Shown: positions 41,324 through 54,165, numbered from the stretch's first letter. The stretch is DNA of 64,000 nucleotides from Eledone cirrhosa (GCA_964016885.1 OZ024742.1:85436001-85500000); one strand, 5' to 3'. A program made the numbers and translations. Notes: generated by a model from the letters alone, not told the origin.

Positions 41324-41990
41324 AACAAGGGGAGAAGAATACTGCATGGTTGCACATGGATTACATATTATAATATTAGTCCCTCATCAGTGATTTGCCA
41401 ACCATCATTGGTATTTCATCACATTAAAAATCGGATACCTCAGGTTGGTGCGAGCAATAACTAAAATAAGCTATTGGGACAAGTGAAATGCGTAAAGCGA
41501 GTGAGACAAGTAAACAACAGAAGGAAAAGCAAACCGAAGGTTGGGAAAACAGCAAGCAACATGATAGTTATCCGATCAGCATAAGCTGGGTGAATTTCAT
41601 GAGCGGTCAGAGAAGCAGACCGTACGCCGTGAATGCGGTGTGAGAAAGAAGGAACCCCACTACTAGCGAACGGGAGGAAGTGAGAAGGGAGAAACAGAGA
41701 GTGAGTGAGTGGAAGTGCGAGGAAGAGGTCAGTCGAGAGAAAGTGTTAACTGATAGAGGGGGCGAAAGAGGGTAAGAGAAACAGAGAGAACTGGGGAGCA
41801 GTAAGAGAGAAAGAGAGAAACAGATAATCGCAGTTTAGGTAAATATATATGAAAAACAAGGGGAGAAGAATACTGCATGGTTGCAAATGGATTACATATT
41901 ATAAAATTAGTCCCTCATCAGTGATTAAAAATCAGATACCTCAGGTTGGTGCGAGCAATAACTATAATAAGTTATTGGGACAAGTGAAAC
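41318..41990 (-). mobile_element. Non-coding PLE/retrozyme-like tail with direct repeats (41318-41490 and 41849-41990)
   Basis: The two repeats are near-identical apart from an internal deletion. The 3' end abuts (TA)n. A diverged homolog lies at about 44010-44610. Confidence 0.7.
41379..41481 (-). ncRNA. Candidate non-circularly permuted, pseudoknotted hammerhead ribozyme (copy 1)
   Basis: Order on the minus strand: gtcc-hairpin-tcgc-ccaacc-aggta-TC-cgattt-gtga-t-GAAA-tacc-aatgat-ggttgg-aaatca-CTGATGA-gggac. Covaries with the copy at 44060-44162. Confidence 0.7.
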
Positions 41991-42240
41991 ATATATTTAT
42001 ATATACATATATACATAAACGGAGACAGCTATTAGCGATACTCCGACCAATTTCAAACTCACTCAACAAACATTAGGAAATACCGGAGTATATTCCCAAT
42101 TAAACGTTTGGGGTGCTAACTAAATTGTATTGTGTGGATAATCGGTTGTATTATTGTATATGAGATATATTAAAATGTTATATATATATATATATATATA
42201 TATAATAAAATAAGTTGCTGAGTTTACATATATCGTTTAA

Positions 42241-42329
42241 TCATAATAATTATTTCTACGGTTCTCCATGCAATCGAGATGTCCTTCATGCATTTGCTGT
42301 TGATTATGTGAACGGTTTCCTCAGATAAA
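42241..42329 (-). ncRNA. Decayed type I HHR with long stem II
   Basis: tttat-CTGAGGA-aaccgttc...gaaccgta-GAAA-taatta-TT-atga, located about 35 nt from a (TA)n terminus. Confidence 0.55.
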
Positions 42330-43944
42330 ATGGATATATTTGATATGCCGCTGGCAGGAAAACAAACATCCTAATACCTGTGCGTCCAGCATATATATGA
42401 GTTCCTTGAATGGTTTGCCAGCCGTCGTGTTTGTTAGAGAAAGCGGTCAACCAAAAAAGACGAAAAGAACGAAGAACCGTGTGCCATCAAAATCCGGTAG
42501 ACAGTTGAAGGAACACAAGGGGCTCTGAGTGGGGTGGGGTATACATTTACTTGACGACCACCTATAGACAGCAACAACGACAACTACAACAACAACAAGG
42601 ACAATAACATCAAACCGCCGACCAATGTTATCCACACAGGTCGCAATAGTCGTGCTGATACCATCACCCAATTGACAACATCTAAACCAACAGCTACAGT
42701 AAAAAACACTTACAACGACAACAGCAACAAACGACAACAACAGCAAAAACACAGGCCAGCGTCGTGTATACAGGTCGGAGTCGTCGCAGTGACGGTACCA
42801 CCCGTAAACAGCGATAACGCCAAAGCAATAAAAAGGAGTTTAGAGGTAGGTGTGTACATAGAGTTGGTGGTATCAATCACCATGACCATAAACAGTAATA
42901 ACAACAATGACAACGACAACAAACACCAACACCGCCCATCACCCAACCCGTTCGTCGCAGTAGTGGTGGTAACAACTATGTCAGTATTAAGCCATTGGTA
43001 ACACCAATAACAACAAGACCAGCGATGACCCCACCACGCCGACGAGGGCAACAGGAAAAAAGCCAAGCTTCCATGAAAATTAAGCTAACCACAATAGTAG
43101 TCCGTTGAAACAAGGAGGTGAAAATGAGATAGAAAACATAGATGGGTATTTATATATATAAAAACATTCCCATTTAATACAATCCTTCTCTATCATCGGA
43201 AAGCACAAGGCCAGCAATGATCATAGCATTCAGTCCCAACCACAGTGGCAACAATACTATCAAAAGTGTTCGAGTTGTTCTTAAACCGTTTGATGAATCA
43301 CTCAAGAACAAATCGAACTCTGGATAAGAGTGTGGTAGGACCAATATAAAATCCATAGTTGTAACTACTTATAAACATTCGCTGAAATTTAACCAATGTA
43401 ATGGAAAAGAATACATTAATATTAATAATCTCAACACATGCACATTTGAATATTACAGGAACAATTATCACACTACATCCACCATAAACTTCATAGAAAC
43501 TACTTTTAATACACAAACATCTTTGTCTGCTTAATATGCTTGTAAACCTGTGTTATATTATGTGATGCCTTTGCCATACTGTAATATATATGCAGAGTAT
43601 CATTGCTTGTTTCCTTTCTAACTATCCTGTACATGCCTAACACATTTGCACTCTCTATACGCTTGCATATGTACTGCAAATGTCCTCGTTTTGCGAGTAA
43701 CTTTCTGCCTTAATGCCTCTTTAATTGTTATAATATTCATTTGTAATCTTTGTCGCATCCACTGACACTGACCTCAACATTTCCACTCTGTAAATATGAA
43801 ATTGTTGATGACAACATTAATATCTATAATTGTTCTGTCGAATAGGAAGTTAATTATATCTCTAAACTTTGCTAGTGCTCCCATGATTCCAGAAGAAACG
43901 ATTGTCACAAATAAAATGTTTTGAACATAGTTTTGATTATTCTG

Positions 43945-44013
<69 letters not shown>

Positions 44014-44059
44014 AATAATGGGGCTGCGGCACTGCAAATGGGTTACATATGAAAAAGTT

Positions 44060-44162
44060 TGTCCTCATCAGTGGCCTTCCAACCGTCGTAGGTATTTCGT
44101 CGCATTAAAGGCCATATACCTCAGATTGGTGCGAGCAACGGCTAAAAAAAGTCGTTGGGACA
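44060..44162 (-). ncRNA. Candidate non-circularly permuted, pseudoknotted hammerhead ribozyme (copy 2)
   Basis: tgtcc-caacgact/agccgttg-tcgc-ccaatc-aggta-TA-tggcctt-gcga-c-GAAA-tacct-acgac-ggttgg-aaggcca-CTGATGA-ggaca. Confidence 0.72.
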
Positions 44163-45350
44163 CGTAAATAAAGGGGACACTAGGGTAAACAAACAAAATG
44201 GTTTAAGCAACAGAAAGTGATGATGAAGAAAGAAACAAGTCCCAGATTTCTATGAATATAAATTCGGTGGAATCGTGAACGAGAGAATAAAGACCATCAA
44301 ACCTGGTTGAAATGTGAGCAACGAAGGAATTTCGCACAGGTCTAACGGGAGGAAGAAGGGGTCTGGTCTGCGAATTCGGTAAACATAAGTTCTGTGAAGT
44401 CGGAGACGAGAGAGAGAGAAAAAAATTCATCCCCGCTTGGCCATGTGCCCGCGAGAAAAGGATTACGGACAGGTCAAACGGGAAGAAAGGGGAGGAGGAG
44501 AGGTAGTGACAGAGTGAGTGAGTGAAAGGTGAGGAAGAGGCTAACAGAGAGAGAGAGACTGCTAGAAAGGGTAAAGACACAAAGAACGAAACAGACTGGT
44601 GGCAGCGGAGGAAAAAATATATGTGTGAATATGTGTGAATATGATAATAAAGTTAGACAAAAAGTCAAATGTTTAAAATTTAGCTTCGTTTATTACTGCT
44701 ATATATATTTTTCAGTGACAGCCATCTTTGGCTGTGACCTCTTCAGGCAGTTTGAATTAGTGTGGTATAGACAAGTTCATATGTTGTTGAGGTGTACAAT
44801 TTTGTCAATACTCTGATATGGTTGTACTGGTTGGTAATCTATGATGCAACAAATTAGTTGAATCACTAAACGCCTTGCACGTCATCCATCGTCGATATGG
44901 TATCCTGTAATTAGAATGACATACATTTTATAATGCAGAGATTGTTCCGTCTCATCGCAGTACGATTCCAATCTACACTGAGTTCAAAATTACATACAGT
45001 TGTTTCGGCAACGGGAAATAAAATATTAATTATTTCTTTATTTATTAATCTATTAATAATAAAATATTAATAGAGATGATTCTTTGAATGAATCACTATG
45101 TTATCAAACTAGATGCGTTACAATATCACTTCCGGCTATAAACACAAATTGTTATATTTGATGCAAATCCCATTTAAATCTTTCCATCTTCACTCACACA
45201 TTCAGACACAATCTGAAATCAGGCTGGCCTCTTGTCGTAAAAACAGATTGAAAAACAAAATATTGAAGTGCTCAGAATGATCATCATTTCCCAAACCTCT
45301 CAAACTTACGCAAAACTTGTGATTACATATATAATTATATATATATATAC

Positions 45351-45469
<119 letters not shown>

Positions 45470-45581
45470 TGCGTGCGTGTGTGTGTGTGTGTATATATAT
45501 ACATGTTTATACTGGGTTCAATAGGGGGTAACTACAGTAAATAATGTACTCAATATATAGCAGAGTAAAACTATTTAATAT

Positions 45582-45689
45582 AGAAATGGTTTCTACGGGA
45601 CTAGAACTGTCTCATTCAAAGGAAATCATCAGGGATTCCCTGATGATTTCCTCCGAATGAAAGAGTTTTAGTCCTGTAGAAGCCATTTA
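45582..45689. repeat. Fold-back of an HHR-bearing PLE tail centred on gggattccc
   Basis: Both arms read cCTGATGA-tttcct..gaat-GA(A/G)A-(g/c)agt-T(T/C)-tagtcc. Confidence 0.75.
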
Positions 45690-45693
45690 TATA

Positions 45694-45753
<60 letters not shown>

Positions 45754-47197
45754 CTAAAACTCTGTTATTGCGTATTTGCTTGCTTGCTTGTCTGTAATGT
45801 AATACACCCAAAAAAGTACATAATGGGAAAATACTTTGAAAGAATATAACAAGTTTCGCGTAAATCAGACCATGGGTTCCCGAATTATGGGGTATTTTGG
45901 GTATCTTAATAAATAGAGAGAGAGAGACGGATAGAGAGAAAAAGATAGTGGATGTGAGAGAGTATATTGAGAGATAAACATAGAGAGGCAGAGCGAAGGA
46001 GACAAAGAAGATGAATGGATGAGAGGGAGCGAGAGAGAGATATGGTGAGAGAGCTGGTGGAATTGTTGTGTGTGTGTATATATATATATATATAATATAA
46101 GATCAAAAGATGTTTAAAAGAGTTCCATGTATTTTATTATGCGCATTTCAAAAACAAATATCATCATGGGATGATATTTGCGTTCTCATCTGATAAAATA
46201 GGGAGACATGATATGAAGCTTAAAAAACACTTGCAAGCATTGAAGTGTTAAATCAACATATGAAAAATAAAGTAAGATGGATATATGAGATTGGGAAAAA
46301 AAGGAGGGAGGGGTAGAAAAAGGTAAGGAAGAGGAAGAAAGAAAATAAAGGATGACGGGTGAGGAGTATAAGAAGGAAAGATGAGAGAGGAGGAGAAATG
46401 AGTGATAGAGAGAGAGAAATAGCCTTAAAAACTGAGAAAACACTGTCCCACAGAGAGAAATTAAATAAAACCGTTGAAAGATAATAGATAATTTAAAAAG
46501 ATTTTGAAATAAAAAGTTAATGAGGTTTAGGAATGGTGGTGTTTATCATTGGAGAAAAAGGAATTAAGAATAGTTTTTATTTAAGGTTTATATATTGAAG
46601 GGTTTAATAATATGTGAGAAAAAAGAATTTATTAATATTAAGGATATAATGTGAATGAAGGAGAGATTAAATGAATTATGAACTTAGATGAATTAGTTAC
46701 GGTTTAATTTGTTTTTATGTATTGTAATATGTAAAAGTAAATAATAGGTTTAATACGAGCACGGAAGGAGAGAAGAAAGAAGAAAAATTAAGGGAGAAGA
46801 AAAATAGATAACGTCAAAAATATATATGTTTACAACTTTTACTAATGGTAATATTAGTATATATTAAAAAAATATAATTTGTATGGCCAAGAATATGAGG
46901 AAAGAGCAAAATGCTATAATGAGTAATAATATGAATTAAGAAGTAATTGAGAAGTAAAAGTTACAGATTAAAGATTAGAAATTAAAAAAGTAAAAAGGAA
47001 GAAAGGAAAAAGGATAAAAAAAAGAAAGATAGGGGAACCGCTAACGCCATAGAATGAGTAAATTGTATAATATAATATACTGAAATAAGGTAGAAAGGTG
47101 GGTATATTTGTAAAAGATATAAAAGCGTTTGAGAAAAGAAGATTTTAAACTAAATAGGTATTGAGGTATTAGCTGTATACTTTATGGAAAGTTCTAT

Positions 47198-49350
47198 TTA
47201 ACTCTAGAAGAAATCCTCTCAATAAAAATCTAGCGTAGTTTGAGGAAGAATTAACTAATATTATAAGAGGTCTTAAATTCAAGAGAAACCCTTATAGAGG
47301 ACAGGAGCACCTTATAAATCTCAGGAATACGATTTCGGACCTTAAATCTTCTAAAAAAGTCTTAGTACGTTCCGACAAAACTAATAATTTATATGGCGTG
47401 TCTAAAGATAAGTATAATAACCTTATCCTTAAGGAACTAAGGAAGAATTATCGTAAAACTAACCACGACAATTTGGAATCTATAAACTTGGGAGCTTCTG
47501 AGATTATGTCTAAACTTGGCACCGAGAAAAAGACCGAATCATTCTTCCCAAGAACTCTGAGGATAAATCTGAAGGATCATAAAAGTAACTTTCGAACGGA
47601 ACTGCCTGTTAGACTAATCGCCCCCTCTAAATCAGATCTGGGGTTTGTTAGTAAATCCATCTCGGATAGAATTATCCCACAGGTTCGTTCTAATTGCTTT
47701 ATTTCTAAGTTAAATGTATGGATTGGTACATCTGAATAATAAAATCAAACAAAAATGTATTCAGTTTGACATTGCCAGTTACTATTCTTCTCCTTCGCCT
47801 TCGCTTATCAACAACGCTCTATATTTCGCATTTAAATATTCTGACATTACCACAGATGAAATTTACATCATTCTCGCCGCAAGAAAAACTATCCTGGAAT
47901 TCAATAACGAATATTCGACTAGAGCTGATACATCCAACAATTTTGATATCACAATGGGTGCGTCCGATTCAGAACAATTGACGGACTTGATTGGTATCTT
48001 TATTTTGAATTCTTTAAATCGGAAAATTCCTCAGCTTCGCGGTGTAATTTATCGTGACGATGCCCTTTTTACTGTCTTAAACTGTAACTTAGTTAACCTT
48101 AATATTATTAAGAATAATATACTTGATCTATTTAAGCACCATAACCTTAAACTTGAATTTGATAAAAACGTCAAACTAGCTAACTTCCTGGATATATCCT
48201 TTAATCTTGACACCGGCCTTACCATAAAGACAATGAGAATCTAAATTATGTTAATTATAAATCTAACCACCCCACTAACGTTAAAAATGCTATAGTCAGT
48301 AATGTTGAAAAATGAATCTCAAATCTATCCTTTAATAAAGTTATCTTCGACGCTAATGCCAATTATTATAATAATGCGCTTTCCAAAGCCGGTTATCATG
48401 ATAACATTAAATACAGTAATGAAACGAATCATCAAAGGACTTATAGTAAAATAGTTAGTTATGAACATTCCAATAACTTAAATAAAAGACCTAGATACAA
48501 AAATATGATTTGGTATAATGCTCATTTTTCTCTATCTATTACTAGTAATATTCCTAAACAATTTTTTAGGGCCTTAGATAAATGCTTCCCTCCCTCGCAT
48601 ATCTATAGTAAGATCTTTAACAATCATACAATCAACTTCTGTTATTCCGCCACTTCCAACATGTCTAACAGTATCTCTAAACATAATAATAAAATATTAA
48701 ATAATAAATTATATCCATCCAGCACTGGGGCGTCATAATAATAGCAATAGTAAACCCGACGTCAATGTTAACTCTAGGCTAGATTCTGTAAATTTAAATA
48801 CGACGTCATACGTTACTTCGTCAAATGTTCATAACACCAATCTAAATCAGGAAACTATAGTTCCTATCGTAAATAACTTCTCCAATCCAATTCCTTCTCC
48901 AAATAATACTTGGTCACTTGTTAATAACTCTGGTAATTTCTCTAATTGTAATTATATTTGCACTGTTAGAACTAAATGTCCTCTTAATAACCAATGTCTT
49001 GATAAATACGTAGTGTATCAATGTAAGGTCATAACAGGTACTAATTATTTTATAATCACAATTCGTCTTTTAAATACCAACTTAAAATAACTAACACGGC
49101 ACTCTCGGAACTCATATGCTCCTTAAAAGACAAAAAATATTAACTATAACATCTCTTGGAGGAAGGTTTGCAACGCCTTTCCTTACCGCAATTCTTCCCT
49201 ATCCAGAACATGTAATCTCTGCCTAGCCGAGAAATTTACCATTATCTCTAATTTTAATTCTATAATAAATAGAAGTACGGATTATTTTTCGCTCTGCTTG
49301 CATACATCCCATAGAACTTTCCATAACGTATACAGCTATCTCAATACCTA
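47198..49350 (+). pseudogene. PLE RT-GIY-YIG remnant
   Basis: SDKT, LKDHK, RLIAPSKSDLG, FDIASYY, MGASDSEQLTDLIG, IYRDD, NFLD, SNHP, IWYN, CTVRTKCPL..CL..VVYQC, CNLCLAE. Confidence 0.9.
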
Positions 49351-50319
49351 ATTAGTTTTAAATCTTCTTTTCTCAAACGCTTTTATATCTTTTTACAAAT
49401 ATACCCATCTTTCTATATTATTTCAGTATATTATATTATACAATTTACTCATTTTATGTCGTTAGCGGTCCTCTATCTTTCTTCTTTTTTAACCTTTATC
49501 ATTTCTTCCTTTTTTCTTTTTTAATTTCTAATCTTTAATCTGTAACATTTACTTCTCAATTACTTCTTAATTCATATTATTACTCACTATAGCATTTTCC
49601 TTTTGCCTTATATTCTTGGCCATACAAATTATATATTTTTAATATATACTAATATTGCCATTAGTAAATGTTGTAAACATATATATTTTTTGACGTTATA
49701 TATTTTTTTCTTCTTAAATTTTCTTCTTTCTTCTCTCCTTCCGTGCTCGTATTAAATCTATTATTTACTTTTACATATTACAATACATAAAAACAAACTT
49801 AAACCCTAACTAATACCTCTAAGTTTATAATTCATTTAATCTCTCCTTCATTCACATTATATCCTTAATATTTTTATTTTAATAATACATATTAATAAAT
49901 TCTTTTTTCGCACATAACCCTTCAATATATAAACCTTAAATAATACTATTCTTAATTCCTTTTTCTTCAATCATAAACATTACCATTCCTAAACCTCATT
50001 AACTTTTAATTTTAAAATCTTTTGAAATTATCTATTATCTTTCAACGTTTTTTTTTATTTCTCTCTGTGAGACAATGTTTTCTCAGTTTTTAATGCTATT
50101 TCTCTCTCTCTATCACTCATTTCTCCTCCTATCTCATCCTTCCTTCTTATACTCCTCATCCGTCATCCCTTATTTTCTGTATTCCTCTTCCTTACCTCTT
50201 TCTACCCCTCCCTCCTTTTTTTCCTAATCTCATATATCCATCTTACTTTATTTTCCATATGCTGATTTAACACTTCAATGCTCGCAAGTGTTTTTTAAGC
50301 TTCATATCATGACTCCCTA

Positions 50320-50386
50320 TTTTATCTGATGAGTACGTAAATATCATCCCATGATGATATTTGGTTTTGAAATGCGCATAATAAAA
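50320..50386 (+). ncRNA. Type I HHR in the PLE 3' pLTR (inverted copy 46132-46198 has CAGATGA)
   Basis: ttttat-CTGATGA-g..aaatatcat ccc atgatgatattt..-GAAA-tgcgca-TA-ataaaa. Confidence 0.82.
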
Positions 50387-51084
50387 CACATGGAACTCTT
50401 TTAACCATCTTTCGATCTTAGATTATTTATTCTCCAGTCCTATAAACTGTGAAGTGCTACTTATCCGATATTTGCATTGCTTTATTGTGCTACAATGAAA
50501 CTCACCTCCTACATATATATATATGTATACATATACGTGTGTATGTGTGTGTATATATGTTGGTGTGTGTCTATGACCATTGTATAAAGATCACAGACAC
50601 CCACATATATATATGTATAGATATATACACACATACATATACAAACATTTATATATACATACAGGCATTTATATATATACATACACACACGTATATATAT
50701 AGGCCTTTCAGATTCATTTCATATTACATACATGTATATGTACATTTTAATTATATAAAAATTATTTTTATGCGAATTAGATTTTTATAATAATATTTTG
50801 AAATGACGTGACCCAATGGGTCACGGGTGGTATATTATATGTATAAAGTTGAAACGCCCGTCTTCTTGTTTAGAAAGACGTACAACACATTCAGTGAGAT
50901 TAAGAAGGTAATAATCAAAAGGGCATTATATATTATATATCTCCTTATAATATATAACCAGCAATTTCTCTGTCTGTCCGTCCGACAGTGGAAACACGTG
51001 TGCGCGTGCGAATGTTTTTTGCGCACGCGGGGAGAGAGAGACTACAAGAGGGGATGGCGGGAGGGAGAGAAGGGGTAATTGAGA

Positions 51085-52024
51085 AGTGCTACAGAAACAT
51101 ATATCCATTTCTGTGTGTGTGTAATATATATATACACACAGAAATACATATATATACACACAGAAGTATATATACATTTCTGTGTGTGTAATATATATAT
51201 ACACACAGAAATATATATATATTTCTGTGTGTGTATATATATATATATATATATTACACACACAGAATTGTATATATATTTCTGTGTGTGTAATATATAT
51301 ATATATATATATATATATGTTTCTCTCACTCTCACTCTGTCTCTTTGTAACACACTAACATTCCTCCCCTCTATCCCTGTGACGAATGGGGAGATGGAGG
51401 AGGAGGATGAGAGACTCACTTCGTCACTTCACCTCTGCCTTTCTTTCTCTCCCCTTTCACTCCCTCATTACGTACATACATTAGGGCGGTGGATTGGCAG
51501 AATCTGTAGAGACTCGGACACCATGCTTCATAGCATGGAGTTACGTCCCTTTACGGTCTGAGTTCAAATACCGCCGAGGTTAACTTTGCCTTTCATCCTC
51601 ACGGGGTCGATAAAATAAAGTACCAGTAATGTACTGATAATTGCTGGCCTTGTGCCAAAAGTAGAAACAATTATTAGAAACATTGCTTCATTTTTACATA
51701 TCTAAGCCTTAGTAAAATAACGAATAATTACAAAAGTAATTTTTCAATTCCAATTGTTATGAACAGCAAAACATTTATAATAATTTTGTTCTAAGAAATA
51801 TATATACATTTCTGTGTGTGTAATATATATATACACACACAGAATATATATACATTTCTGTGTGTGTAAAATATATATATATATATATACACACACAGAA
51901 ATATATATATATATATACACACAGAAATATATATACATTTCTGTGTGTGTAATATATATATATACACACACAGAAATATATATATATATACACACAGAAA
52001 TATATATACATTTCTCTGTGTGTA

Positions 52025-52059
<35 letters not shown>

Positions 52060-52085
52060 GAAATATATATACCTATCTGTGTTTG

Positions 52086-52130
<45 letters not shown>

Positions 52131-52140
52131 GAAATATATG
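51085..52140. repeat. Minisatellite of alternating tttctgtgtgt / acacacagaaa units separated by (TA)n
   Basis: Two blocks, about 51085-51310 and 51795-52140. Confidence 0.85.
51484..51676 (+). mobile_element. Full-length tRNA-derived SINE
   Basis: gggcggtggattggcagaatc...ctgagttcaaatacc...gtcgataaaataaagtaccag...agtagaaacaattatt. Confidence 0.92.
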
Positions 52141-52703
52141 GACATTTCTCTGTTTGTATGTCTGTCTGTCTGTCCGTCTGTCTGTCTGTCTGTCTGTCCT
52201 TCCCTAAAACTCAAATGTAGGTGCTACAGAAATATTACCTTCCCCTTCCTTTCTCCACTGTGGTACTACCAAGAGAAACACTGTCGCTATAGAAACATTA
52301 CCTTCCCCTATCCACTGAATTTGGTCACTGAGGCCGAGGGAATCGCTGGTTGCTATAGAGACACCTCTCACAAGCCAGAAGTAACCAGTTCGAGGCGGTT
52401 CTGACTTGACACCTTACCAAGGACCATTTGAAGATATATTTCCATCGTTATATCATAACGTGTATGTATCATAACGTTTATATTTCCGTCACTAATCTCT
52501 TTTTCTCCTTTTTCGTTTTAACATATATTTATTTGAAAGATTTCACCTTATAGATAACATATGTATTTATACATGCATAAAAGACACACCGAGAGACGGT
52601 GAACATGTGGTGCCGAAAACATTTCTCATCCAAATCTCAACAATATCAGTATATACACTAGATTTGCTAGCAGAAAACCGCCAACCGGGTGGTTTTCTGC
52701 TAG

Positions 52704-53613
52704 TCCATATATATAAAACTGAGGATGTCTGTCTGTGTGTGTGTGAGTTTCCATCCCTAAAACTCGAGAAGCACCTAACCGACTGTTTTCAAACTTTACA
52801 TTTAATACTTATGTTTCAGGGTGTGTTCTGAGGAGAAGAAAAAAATCAAATGTTCAGACTCCTAGGGACCGCATTAAGCGATATAGCGATCTCTCTCTAT
52901 AATTCTTAGTCTTTCTCTTTTTAGATAGATACATACATAAAACGTCGCACCCTTATAATATCTGTCTGTATTTCTGGCTGTCTGCATCACGTCACTTCCC
53001 TGAAGATGTCTGTCTGTGTGTGTGTATGTGTGTGTGTGTGTGTGTCTGTGAGTTTGAATCCCTAAAACTCGAGAAGTACCCAACCGACTTTTTAAAAACT
53101 TTACATGTGTATTACTTATGGTTCACGGACTGTTATGCACATAAACAAATTTAACTTTTTGATACCCTAGGACCCGCATTAGTTGAAAAACTGCTTTTCT
53201 TTCAGGTTTTTAGGGGTTTTTCGAGTGGTACGTCAGATTGATTTCCGTGAAATTGTAACTATGTATTAGTCAGTCTCTTCTTCATACCGTGAGCATTAGG
53301 TGAAAAACCTCATTTTTTCAGCTTTTTAGAACTTTTTGGAGGCGTTATGCCTAGTTGATTTTTTCCCGAAATTTCAAGGCATATTATGCACATAAAAACA
53401 ATTCATTTCCCTGATCCCGTAGGGCCCGCTTTAGGTGAAACCTACATTTTTCCTGCTTCATCAAGGAAAATCTTAAAGATTATCCAGCCATCAGAGTATT
53501 AGGTTTATTTTCATCACATATTGTCCAGGCATGCAGTTTTTCCACGATTAGGTTTGTTGGCGGCCCGCGTTCCAAAATATCTTATCCCGTGCAACGCCGG
53601 GTACAACTGGTAG
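52704..53613 (+). mobile_element. Non-autonomous Helitron (second family)
   Basis: 5' TCCATATATATAAAAC. 3' hairpin cccgtgcaacgccggg followed by GTAG|T (decayed CTAG). Interior is homologous to 9791-10070. Confidence 0.75.
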
Positions 53614-53698
<85 letters not shown>

Positions 53699-53714
53699 TT
53701 ATTTATTTTATTTT

Positions 53715-54165
53715 CGTAAAGACCTGAAAATCCGCTTCTTCGTTGCTGTAGTGGAGTCTGTGCTGCTGTACGTGTCTGAGACTTGGAGACAGACCAAGAA
53801 AGTCACTCAGATGGTGGATGGGTGCTACAGAAGAATGCTGTGAATGGCTCTGAACATTAATCAGTATACACTGAGGATGAAAAACTCAGAGCTGTATTGG
53901 TGCTTCCCAAAATCAGCTCATAAGTGACACAGAAGAGAGTGAGGTTAGCTGGACATGTTCACAGACAACAAGAGTTGACATTGCACTCAGTGCTCCTGTG
54001 GGAGTCCCAACATGGACACACTGGAAGTGGAAGACCAAGGTTAACGTATGTTGATGGCCTAAGGACAGACACTGGTCTGTTGGAGACGCAGGACATGAGA
54101 GCGAAAATGAGGGACAGAGACCGCGGGAGAGAACTCGTTCATGTATCTCGGAAAATTTACCCGCC
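53715..54165 (+). mobile_element. RTE-like LINE 3' fragment
   Basis: KIRFFVAVVESVLLYVSETW, DGCYRRML, RLAGHV, GRPRLTYVD. A short relative lies at about 56770-56836. Confidence 0.82.

Larger units (their letters stand above)
46098..50420 (+). mobile_element. 5'-truncated PLE with a 1.1-kb inverted pLTR (arms 46098-47197 and 49311-50420)
   Basis: Arms are diverged reverse complements. RT/EN remnants lie between them and each arm has an HHR near its outer end. Confidence 0.93.
50940..52703 (+). mobile_element. Non-autonomous Helitron containing a palindromic minisatellite and a SINE
   Basis: 5' A|TCTCCTTATAATATATAACCAGC, the same terminus as at 9752 and 10279. 3' palindrome ctagcagaaaacc..ggttttctgCTAG at 52667-52703. 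Confidence 0.7.

Noticed and set aside
42340-43066. Overlapping Thr/Asn/Val-rich ORFs
   Set aside because: Degenerate (CAA)n-derived sequence within a probable PLE UTR; no recognisable protein.
44072-44114. Twister ribozyme reading of tggcctt-UAA...aaggcca
   Set aside because: Lacks the twister pseudoknot and conserved loop residues; the hammerhead core explains the conserved positions better.
50806-50826. Perfect hairpin cgtgaccca-a-tgggtcacg near a GAAAcgcccgTC
   Set aside because: Core strand and stem I cannot be assembled convincingly.
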